A stretch of DNA of 64,000 nucleotides from Geosiphon pyriformis uo1 (Eukaryota > Fungi > Glomeromycota), in the NCBI GenBank assembly GCA_016748015.1, contig JAAOMT010000657.1:248001-312000 (forward strand). The letters run 5' to 3'. Below are positions 52,601-64,000 of this stretch, piece after piece. The stretch's first letter is position 1. Each line of letters starts with the position of its first letter. The translations under genes were made by a program, and so were the position numbers. The notes under the pieces are model-generated. The model was not told the DNA's origin, searched no databases, and saw nothing but the letters and a program-made list of their open reading frames with translations.

Positions 52601-55600
52601 AATACTCTTGTATTGTACCAAAACAGAAAAACAATAGAATAGAAAATTTGATCTCAAATAAGATGGATCATTCCACATTGAAGAAATTTTAGGAAATAAA
52701 GCTTATAAACTAAAATAGAACAATAAAATCTTAGCTAAAGCAGCACATAAAAATTAATTGAAATCATATCATAATATAGTATTATTATCTACCAGTTATA
52801 TTCTACAACTGAGAACACAACAAATATTAGTCCAACCAGATAAGATTCTACAAAATCTAGAACCAATTATAATCATCAATACAAACATGTTAAATTGATC
52901 AACCAAAATAATATATAAAAACATAGTATACATAACAAAAGCAACAAATAAAAAATAAAAATTACTAATAACATTTATTCATTTACACAATTACTATTCT
53001 AACTGATTTAACAACAAAACATAGAAATTACAATTAATCAACAAACCATTCAGTACAAAGATACTAAAAAAAAAACCTAATACAAGATGCACAGAAAACC
53101 GAAAAACACCATAGACAAGATAATAGCAAAAGTAAAATTGTCAATAAAAATACCAGAAACAGCTATATTCTACTAAAAACTGACAAAAAAAACTTGGAAT
53201 TGGTGAATACAACAATTTTCAAGAAACTTTTGTTATTATTACTTGAAACAAAATCTGAATATTCAAAACTTATATACTGACAAAACAAAATAATTATTTA
53301 ATACAATAATATTATAACAACTTGAACAATTTGTGAAAAAGAATATCTGTTTATATAGACATAAATCATATATCAGCTACATGCAGAATTTCAAGATTGA
53401 CCAGCAATACTATTTAATTCAGTAATAAATACAATTACTGTTAACAAATTGGGTAAAATTACCAATGCTTAATTTGAAAAATTACAGATTAAAATAACCC
53501 AAGTAATTTTCAAAAAAAAAGTTTAAAAGTTAATTAAAAATGGAAAGTTAGAAGACATAGAAAATTTCAACAGAGCTCAATATTAAAAAGAGAGAATAAT
53601 GTTACTTATAGAATATAGAAATTATATATTAATACATAAATTAGCCAATCAAAAGAAGATATAGTAAAAGTGGAATTCCAGGATTTTTCTTAAAAGAATT
53701 ACAGGATTCCAAAATTACAGGATTCTCATGTAAGAAATTGCAGGATTCCAAAATTCCAGAATTCTTCTTAAAAAATTAAAAGATTACAAAAATTCCAGAA
53801 TTTCTGGCTAAAGAATTGAGAAATTAAAGAAATTTTGTACAATAAAATTTATGTATATATAATAGTAGCATTAAAAACAGAAAAGACAGAATTCAGAGTT
53901 TAAAATCTCTAATTCCAATTCTATACTTATTTCTTTATATAATAGTATTCTATAAATTAAAGTGAAAACATTAAATATCAATAAAATACTTATTATTATT
54001 ACAATCTATTATTTTACTATTAATCAACTTATGTTGATAATTGCTAATACTTAACTATACTGGACCAATAACTTTTAATTATAGCTATTAATAAGATATT
54101 AATTCTTTTTTGTCTTGGCTTATTTTCTTTATTTTATTTATTTCTTTGTTGTTTGTTGTTTACTAATTAATTTAAAGAATTAAGTACTAATTAATTGATG
54201 TCAAAAATAGTCTAATAAAAGACCCCAAAAGAAGAATATAGAGTTTAAAGAATTTACAAATAAGCTTACCAGAAGAGCATAACTGTTAGACTAAACTAGC
54301 CACCATACTAAAAACAAAAATTAGATGGAATTGCAATTTTAGAAAACTACTACACAACATTTGAATCTCTATCTATTATATAAAAGACTTACATTAAAAT
54401 CTTTAAATTACACCAAAATCTTCAGATTACACTAAAATCTTCAAATATCACCAACCATATCAGCTATTAAGCACCAAGTTATGAGTTTGTTATTAGTATT
54501 AATATCTTAAATAATCACCAGTAACATTGATATTCAAGTATGCCAACTATTTTAATTGAGCTGTAGCTCTTGAATATTTCAGTTAAGTACAGTATTGGTT
54601 TTGAACAACCAATTATTACTAATAAAAGCTTAATATTGTGTGGCTTTTATAATAAGAACTTTGATAGATGTGATGATACTATTGACTTTAAAAGAAAAGT
54701 TGTTAATTTTACCAATAGAAATTTTGGTTGTTTTATTGACTGTAATAATCCTAGTATTGGCAGCACAATCAACTTGGTAATTTAATTAATCTATAAGTTA
54801 TTAGATAATAATACTGTCTGCTAACTCACTATTAAAGATTAATTTGATAAATTGTCTATTAACTTTAATATTAGTATATATAATGGTAATTAGTTTGATA
54901 TTAAAAGTGGTTTTATTAAATAACAGAGTTTCTGATTGGTTTTTTAACTTAAATAGAAAGATAATAACTAGTAATTTATTTTCTGTAATGGTTGCTAATA
55001 AGATGTTATTGGTGGGATGTTGTTAGTAAGTAATATTAAGTTGGTTTTTAGTAATTTAAGTATTGTGATTTTTGGAGTTATCAATAAACTTAAATAGTTC
55101 TGAAAATTCAGATTTTGAGTGTACTTACTTTCTGAATTTTTTAGACATAATTTTAATGGCTGGTTTAATGAACTGAAAATCAATTAATGCATAATCATTG
55201 CCAATTTTCAACTTTGTTAAATGTAAGTGATTTTTGGATTTTGGATTTTGGTTAATGTTAGCACAGTATTTTAGAATGGTACTTGAATTTATTAGAATTA
55301 ATAGATTACTTGTGGTTATAGTTAATAAATTACAAATATTGAAGCTTAATACATTAGAGGTATATAAATAAGTTGTTGCATTATTGATTGATATGAGATT
55401 TAATATTAATATTGTTTCTAATTCTGAATATAATTCAGAATTTGAAACCTGTGATCAAAACTTTTATATTGGTTTTCTGATTGTAAATTATTAGACTTGA
55501 AGCAGTAGTCTGTTTTTAGATAGTCTTGTTTATTATAGTAGTAACAATTACATGTTTTTTGTTATCATGATTAATTTAATAATAATAATAATAATAATAC

Positions 55601-57994
55601 ACATGGGTGATTTTGGAATTAACTGGAATTTTTTAAATTGTCATAACATTAAAAAAACTAATATATAACTTAATTGTTAGCTAAATATCTTTTTAATTTC
55701 TGGTTGATAGAATTACTAAATTGTTTTAGCTTAAATTCAATTCAAATAATCTGTTCATTATTAGATTTATAGTTTGGCCATGGTTGGCTTTGAGTTTGGC
55801 CAATTCAAAATCTTTGACATGTATAATTGTGTTTTAAAGAGTATTTGGATGTATTAAACATATTTATTATAACAAACTGCTATATAATCCACAGATAAAT
55901 TAATTTAAAATTTGTGGTGCTATAAAGTAGTTAGCTTTAATTTTCTAAATTTAGTGTAAATTTTAATGAAAATGTTTCAGATATATAGTAACTATTTAGT
56001 ATTATTTTGTTTGATAATAATAAAGCTAATTAATAACCAATTGATGCTGTATAATTGTTAAAATATTGTAGAAACATGGTTTTAAATGTGTTAAAAGTTT
56101 GTGACTTGTTAACTAGACTCTAATATTATGAGTTAGCAGTATTCTGAAAAAAGTATAGAATAGCTTAAAATGCTTTGGCATTATTTTATTTATTGGCTGC
56201 AATGATTTTTCCTATGTTGTTAAGCCATACTTAGATATTGCCTTTTTTATTAGTGAATTTTTTGAGTTTGATAATTGATATGTATATTATTGATACAAGT
56301 TGTTGTTATTGGAGTTATTATTAAACAGTGATTAGTGCTACTAGTAGTAAATTAATCAAAATAACTAGAAGTAAGTTTTGTGAAAAAATAGGAGCTGGGT
56401 TTAAATTGTTCAAGTTTGGCTGGGTTTAAACAATCAGAATTATAATTTCTAAGTTAATTAAGATTGGATTTTGATTATTATTTTTTTGATTGCTGTTTTT
56501 TTTTTCTTCTGAATTGGTGTTTTCTCAATTACCAATAGATCTGAGATTTAGTTAAGGTAGTAATAATCAAAGTTCTAATGAGATTGTTGGTTACAATTTA
56601 AATTCTTCAAAGAAATCATTATAGATTTCTAATAGTTTGGTTTTTTTTTGATTATTTTAGAACAGTATTTTAGATAATAGTGTTTTTGCAGTTAATTGTA
56701 ATATAAATCTGAATGATATATAGATAGTACTTTCTAGTATATAATAATATGATAAGTAAATAAGTAAAATAACTCTTGATTTCTTCTAAATAAGCAGTTG
56801 TATTTTTCTTGGTGTTTTTGCTAAAGTTTGTAATTTCTCTTTGTTTGCAAAGATAATAGAAAATTTCTGTTAGGTGTAATTCTCAATTTCTTAATTTATC
56901 TCTGTGATTAGTAAGACAAACAAAATATTTTGTGAAAGCATAATGTTTTGAAATAATTTACTGTAGAAATTTTTAAGTACAGCTTTTAGATCTTTTTGGT
57001 TTTCCAAGTAGAATTTAATTTTTTTGTTAACATAGGAGTTAAAAGCTGATTCTATTAACCAATAGTTATTTGTTAGTCTAAAATGAGTTTAATAATATTA
57101 AAATAAGGATTTGGTAAATTTTAAATTTTTTGTTCTTGTTATTTCTGATTCTGCCACTTTTCTGAATAATTAATATTAGTACTAGTTTTCTGTTAGATTA
57201 TATCTCACAAAAAGCACCAAATTTTATAGATAATTATTTAGAGTGTTAAAACAAATAACAAACCTGTAACTTAGTGCTTAATAGCTGTTAATATTAATAA
57301 TTTCTGAAAGTTTTGGAGTTTAAAAATTTTGGTTAAGTTTTTTGTATAATGAATAGAGATTTAATTAATGGTTTTATTTTATGAATTTTTTTCTTTAACA
57401 TAATAGCCAATTTATTCTAACAGTTGTGTCCTTCTGATAAACTATCTTTAAATTTCTACTCTTGTTTTTAGATTTTTTACCAGATTATTTTTAACATCAA
57501 TTACTTAATACTTAATCTCTTAATTAATTAGTAAACAACAAAGAAAACAAAATAAAAAAAACAAAATAAAAATAAAAAATTAGTATTCTGTTAATAGTTA
57601 TGATCAAAAGTTATTGGTCTAGTGTTATTAAATATTGAATTTTATTAACATAGAGTGTTAATAGTATAGAATAGATTAATATTTCTTTAATTAAGTAATG
57701 ATAATATAGATTCAGATAATAATAGATGTTTTATTGATATAAATATAATTCCACTTTAAGTTATAAAAAACTATCTTTTAAAAGAAAAGATATTGTTGTT
57801 CTGAACTGAATTGTTTGTTTTTTTTGCTTTTAATACTTTTATTATATATATATATTATTTGTATTATAAAAATTTTTTAAAATTCTGCAATTTCTTAAAA
57901 AAAATTCTGAAATTCTTCTTTTTTTATTACATCTATTTTTGATTGGCTATTTTATTTACTTATTATAATTTCTAATTTCTATAAGTAATACTGA

Positions 57995-59438
57995 TGTTAC
58001 AGATGATTATTTGAAATGTTAAAACAAATAACAAATTTGTAACTTGGTACTCAATAGTTAATAATATTGGTAACTGCTGAAGGTTTTGGTTGAGTCTTTT
58101 GAATAATAAACAGAAATTTAATTAATGGTTTTTTTTGTGAATTTTTTTCTTTAGCATGGTGGCCAGTTTATTTTAGTAGTTATGTTCTTTTAATAAACTA
58201 TCCTTAAATTTCTACTCTTGTTTTTGAATCTTTTATTAGATTATCTTTGACATTAATTATTCAGTACTTAATTCTTTTAATCAATTAGTAAGCAACAAAG
58301 AAACAAAATAAAAAAAAATAAAAAAAAATAAAAAATAAAAAATAAATATTCTATTAATAGCCATAATTAAGAACTATTGATTTAATATAGTTAAGTATTA
58401 AATTTTATTAATATAAAATATTAATAATAACAAAAGTGATTAATATTTTTAATCAAGTAATAATAACATGAATTGAATAATAATTAGATATTTTATTAAT
58501 ATTGATATGATTTTACTTTAAATTATAGAAAACTATCTTTTGAAGGAAAAAGTATTGTTATTTTAAACTCTATTAACTTGAATTCTATTGAATTAACTAC
58601 TTTTTCTGCTTTTAATACTCTTGCTATATATACATAATTTATGTTATATGAAATTTTTTGAAATATTTTAATTCTTTTGAAAAAAATTCTGCAATTCTGT
58701 AATTCTGCAATTTCTTAAAAAGAATTCTGCAATTTCTTAAGAAAAATTCTAAAATTCTTTTTTTTATTATTCTTATTTTTAATTGGCTATTTTATCTATT
58801 AATATAATTCTTAATTTTTATAAGTAATAATATATTTTTTTTAATATTAAGCTCTGTTAAGATCTTCTAAATCTCTTAAATCTATACTAATACATGAATG
58901 AGATTCTAATTTAATAGCAATTTTTTGGAATATTCAAGATCAAACTTTGTCTTAGTATTATATGCATATTTTAGCATAATACCTTTATTATTATTGCTGA
59001 ACTATTTGAGTTTTTGCTATTTTGAAAAATCTGAAAATATGATATATTGTTCAGAGTTTTTGTTAAAGTTTGAATTATTGTTGTTATTATTGTCATTGTA
59101 AATGGAATTGGAACTGTTGTTGTTGTCATTGTTAGAGTCTAAATTGTAATTGAATTTCGATTTTAATTCTGATGCACATTTGCTAATTGGTTCTTTTTCT
59201 TCAAAAATTAAATAGATTATGCATAATAGTAGATTATAAATAAGATCACAATTGTCACAATATTCAAAGTCATTAAAAATTAGGCAATATTTACAAAGTT
59301 TAATATTTAATTGTTCTAAATACTGCTTTTGTATTTCTCTAGTAAGTACTAGATCTTAATAATATTTATGAAATTGCTTTAAATTATTTATAATGTTAAT
59401 AAATACATCTGAGTTAAGAATAAAAACAGTCTTAATAG
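57995..59438 (-). mobile_element. Element G: 3' LTR (57995-58829) and 3' internal part of a deletion derivative; interrupted by H
   Basis: LTR homologous to F and the solo LTR; dUTPase start fused to LRDLEDLNRA(Q)Y*. Confidence 0.88.
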
Positions 59439-62400
59439 TGTTACTCATAGAATATAAGAAGTATATTAGCATATAAATTAGCCAATCAGAAGTAGACATA
59501 GTAAATGTGGAATTCCAAAATTTCTCTCAAAAGAATTACAGAATTTTAGGAATTTCAGGATTCTCATATAAGAAATTGCAAAATTGCAGAATTGCAGAAT
59601 TTCTTTCAAAGAAATTGCAGAATTCCAGAAATTTCAGAATTCCTGGTGTAAAAAATTGAGGAATTGAGAAATCTCAATTATATATATATAACAGTAATGT
59701 TAAAAACAAAAAAAACAGACCTTTTAGTTTAGATTTCATCTAAACAACTTTCTAATTTACAAATATCAATAAATAATTATTTGCTATTTCAATCTATTTT
59801 TTACTATTAACACTTTATGTTGATAGTAACTAATACTTAACTGCACTAAAACAATAGCTTTTGATCACAGCTTTTAATGAGATACTAACTTATTTACCTT
59901 GGGTTATTTTTTTATTTTATTTTATTTTATTTTATTTTTATTTTATTTTATTTTGTTATTTCTTGTTTTGTTTTACTAATTGATTAAGGATTAAAAGTGC
60001 TGAGTTACAGATGTTATAGAGACTGGTAAAAAACCTGTGAAACAAGGGTAGAGAACTTATAAATTTGAGAATAGCTTACTAGGAGAATTACTAACCACCA
60101 CACTAAAAAAAAAATTCGACAGAATTGTGATTCCAGAAGGCTACTGAAACAATAATTAAATCTCTGTCTATTATACAAAAAACTCAACCAAAATCTTCAA
60201 ATACAAACAACTTACAGATATTACCAATATTATCAAGTGACTTAGCACCAAGTTACAGATTTGTTATTTGATTTAAGATCCCAAATAATCACTTCTAACA
60301 TTTAGTGCTCTTTGTGAAGTATAATTCTACAGAGAACCAGTACCAACAACAACCATCCAAAAGTAGCAAAACCAGAAAGAATAGGGACAAACCATCTAAG
60401 ATTCACCAAATTCTTATTTCAATATTATTGTTAACACTTGAGATTAACCAACAATTATTTATCAGCAAAATCAGCCTTTAATTTTTATGTTAATAAGAGA
60501 ATCTTATATTTGCTAGAAGTATCAGTAGAAACCAACTTTGTAAAAAAAAATTTCTACAACAAATTAATTTAAAATACCAGCCTACCAACAAATTATAACT
60601 TCATGGCAATTCTTATTGAAATTAATAAAAAAATTGAATATTATATTCAACAAAGATATCCAATCACTTACACAAACAAAGGCAAAGGAAAATTACAAAC
60701 ATCAGCAGTAACATTTCAAAGAATACAATTATCTACTTGGAAGAAAACAAGACTTGAATTACTAACCAATTCATTATATCACTATACACTTGGAAGTATC
60801 ATTAACATCTCATCAGCAAGTGTGTTTATATCAAACACAAAAACACTATTGGCATGGATACCATTCCAAAGTAAACAATCAAAAGCTGATCTATTAAGAA
60901 CATACAGTGAGTATTTTAAAGGATTTAAATCTTAATTGCCAATACCATCAGAATTTTAATCACTACTACCTTAACCAAATTTCAGAATAGCTAATTCTTG
61001 GGAAATAACAGAATAAAAAAAAAAAAAGACAAGGATTAGGAATTTAATTATTAAAACCCAATTCCAAAAAACCCAGGAATTCAGACTCCAAATCTTCAAA
61101 CTTTGCCAAGTCAGAACAATCTAAACTTTGATATCATTAATCAGCAACACTTACTTTTAGCAATTGTGATCAATTAGCCACTAATTGAACTGATTCCCAA
61201 ACCAATTCAACAACCACAAGTATTACATCAACCACAACAACTATTTCAACAACTGCCCCAACAAATTATAGCACCAATAACATATGTACCAATTGTAAAA
61301 TTAAAGAAATTTACAAGCAAAGATGACAATCCAAGCCTGGTTAAATGACATCATCAAAGCAATTACAGCTAATAACTGAGATGACACCAGAGCTTTTCAA
61401 GTGATTTCATATTTTCTCTAGAATACCACCAATTCATAATATCAGAGTTTGGCCCAGAAACCCCAAACTTTCAATGTGTTTAAACAGAAATTCCTAAAAT
61501 ATTTTAGTAACAATAACAGTATTAACTGCTTGGCAAATACTTTTACTACAATCAAACAAGAAGATACTGAAGCAGTCACCACTTACTTGGGATGCTTTTA
61601 TTAGAATCTGCATCAGATCCAAGCAATTGATACCAATTACTTCACAGAGCCACAAATCTTAAACCAGTTTATTCATGGTCTATGTAGTAGCATCTTCCAA
61701 TGTGTATGCTATTACATCCAATCAATCTTTAAGCAGCAGTCACTTATGCCAGAAATTTTAAATTTGCTAAACTTAAAGCTAATCATGTCCAAATCATTAA
61801 CATAGTAATGAACAGATTATCTAAATTGGATTTTAAGTTGAAACAATTTAGTAATTCCATTAATCAAAAATTAGAGGGATATTTAACTAACAATCAAGCA
61901 ATTTATCAATCTCTACAGTGATACAATAATCAAGGAAATGCGAATTGTTTCCAAAATTAGTTGTGTTCATTATCATTGACCAATCAGCAGTAACAGCAGA
62001 AGACATGTGTTTGCCATTATTGTGGTAAACAAAAACATTTAAAAATTAACTGCAAATTAAGGATGGATAACCAATGATCAGAAAATCAATATTAAAATCC
62101 CAATCATTAGATTCCAACTCTGAATTATTACCCAAATTAAAGTCACTATTCACTTTATTATACCTAAATAACACATTAGTCAATTTATCAACCACCAGTG
62201 TATTAAACTCCAGCACCCATAATTTATTAACCACAGCCTCAAATTATTTATTAAACAACCCTAATTCAAATACTGCCCCAAAACCCAGCTCTGATATCAC
62301 ATGGAAGACTCAGAATAACTTAACAAAACTAGAGATTGGCAATAGTAGTCTATTAACTGATTTCCAGTTCCTTCAACCCAGCACCAAAATCATGTTCTTG

Positions 62401-64000
62401 GAGTTTGAGAACTGGATACACCGAAAACCCGAATTTTTAGCAATATTTAAGTCTTCTGGTTACTCCAGAAGACGTCTCATCCAGCAACTAAAAATCTAAT
62501 CAGAAGCAGCCACTTACCAGCAATATTCCACCAACAACCAGTACTGAGAACAAAACACTTGTTACCATATTCTCATTTGAACTCAAAGAAACTGTTCCAG
62601 TTTTATTGCTTAATAGAGTCACTTTTAACACCAAATCTATCACCACAATGTACACTAACACCAGAGTTAATGGTCAATCTATTAAGCTTATTTTCAATAG
62701 TGGTTTAGCAGGCAGCATTGTCACAAGACAACTCATGGACCAATTAGGTTGCTGAGTTGATTATGCTATTAGCACCAGAATTATTACAGCTGATAGAGCA
62801 ACTAAAACTCCTATAGGCAAAATTGACAACTTTCCATTCAAAGTCAACAGTATTATCATCTCTATTAAAGTCTTAGTAATAAAAGCCACCCAATACCAAG
62901 CACTTGTCAGCAATGACTGGTTGTCCAAAACCAATACAGTGCTTGATTGGACTATATAGGAGCTCCAACTCAGTCAGAATGGCCAACAAACATATGTACC
63001 AGCCACATGTGATTATTTTAAAACTACTTACACCTTAGCACCATTAATTGAACTTGAAGAAAAAAAGGCAAAGCCTATCTGGGAAGCCTATTAAGTCTTA
63101 TGGGCCAATGATAAGTACAACAAACTACCACCCATACCCTCATGAGATGACAAAGAAAAGGGAAAGTAAAAAGAGGAACTTACTTGGAATAACAATCAAA
63201 TATTGTGGACTAACAATGATTAGTACAAGCTAACACCAACTTGGAAGTGAGAAGAAACTAAAAAAGGGAAAGGGAAAGAAAAAAAAAAGAGCCAGCTTCA
63301 GCAATTACTACAATATATACCCCATACATTTATATTTTATCACAACTGTCTAACTATCACCAACTAAAACTGGTGTGCATCGATTGTGGCAAGAAATTGT
63401 CATTAATGGGTGCATGCTGTAGTAACAATAAAGAATACCCAATGGCAACCAAATTCTATTGTTGTTCTTGCATCCTTGAATGGTTTGGATGACCAAAAAG
63501 ACAAAGAAAATAGGATAATGAATCTTGTCTTGTTTGCAGAACTATCTTGTCTAATGAAGGAATGTGAAATAACATTTTTGAGTGTGGAGGAACATATAAC
63601 AAAATATGTTAATATACTATTCTAATAAACTATTGAGTATGAAAAAAAACTCCAATTAATGATGTATAGAAAAGAGCATTGTGACAAATGAAAAAATATC
63701 CCCATGACAAACATGAGATCTGGAGAATGGCAAGTGCAAAAGTAAAAGGTACTACTCTCAGTAAATTATTGAAAATTAAAAACAACCCATTATCTTTTTC
63801 TGAACCCAAATACATCTCAACTTTTAATGTTTTTGACAATATTGAGAACAATCCAGAAGAATTTTATGAGCACTATCAGTGCTTGGCACCAACAAGAAAA
63901 GAACAAAAACAATGTTTGGAAAAAATTAACACTTGATTATGTGATCACTGTTTGATTCTATGTGACTTTCAGTATTGTAATGAGTGTAATCTCATTTACA
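59439..64000 (+). mobile_element. Element H: 5' part of an A-family element (LTR 59439-60300, PBS, gag, PR, ZnF), runs off the window
   Basis: tgttactc...ctaaca LTR; CHYCGKQKHLKINC knuckle; colinear with A 454-4220. Confidence 0.93.

Larger units (their letters stand above)
39032..54526 (+). mobile_element. Element E: full-length decayed A-family element, interrupted by D; LTRs 39032-40006 and 53600-54526; TSD ctag/ttga
   Basis: gag 40069.., capsid ATG 46380, PR ~47780, ZnF ~48380, dUTPase ~49260-49655, RT/RH to 51486, IN 51517-52898, ORF3 to 53586. Confidence 0.95.
37078..57990 (-). mobile_element. Element F: internally deleted A-superfamily element (gag, PR, ZnF only), interrupted by E; LTRs 37078-37864 and 57222-57990; TSD ctag/ctga
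   Basis: Matching LTR pair; PBS ending 57221; internal parts 37865-39031 and 54527-57221 join within PR. Confidence 0.9.

Overview
Eukaryotic fungal DNA. The spliceosomal introns, gene content and repeat style suggest Glomeromycotina/Mucoromycota (reminiscent of Geosiphon; taxonomy is inference). A ~9 kb island of three minus-strand genes (DIS3/RRP44 exoribonuclease, a purple-acid-phosphatase-like metallophosphoesterase, a Hom2-like homeodomain factor; ~23.8-32.7 kb) lies between two nests of decayed Ty3/gypsy LTR retrotransposons. Left nest: A in B in C1, which abuts C2, plus a split solo LTR. Right nest: F and G in tandem in C3, E in F, D in E, H in G. All repeats are riddled with C>T/G>A transitions. 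Comparing the copies reveals an unusual shared architecture: (i) Gag begins at a conserved GUG, followed by an AUG-depleted extension and an in-frame AUG at the capsid; (ii) a multi-zinc-finger domain and a complete dUTPase lie between protease and RT; (iii) a conserved stop follows RNase H, and integrase apparently starts at its own AUG; (iv) there is a conserved non-env third ORF; (v) a U5 anti-PBS hairpin mimics the tRNA 3' end; (vi) a nucleotide motif before the PPT is kept by all families and all deletion derivatives; (vii) TSDs are 4 bp with a central YR step. Coordinates were read by eye and may be off by a few bases.
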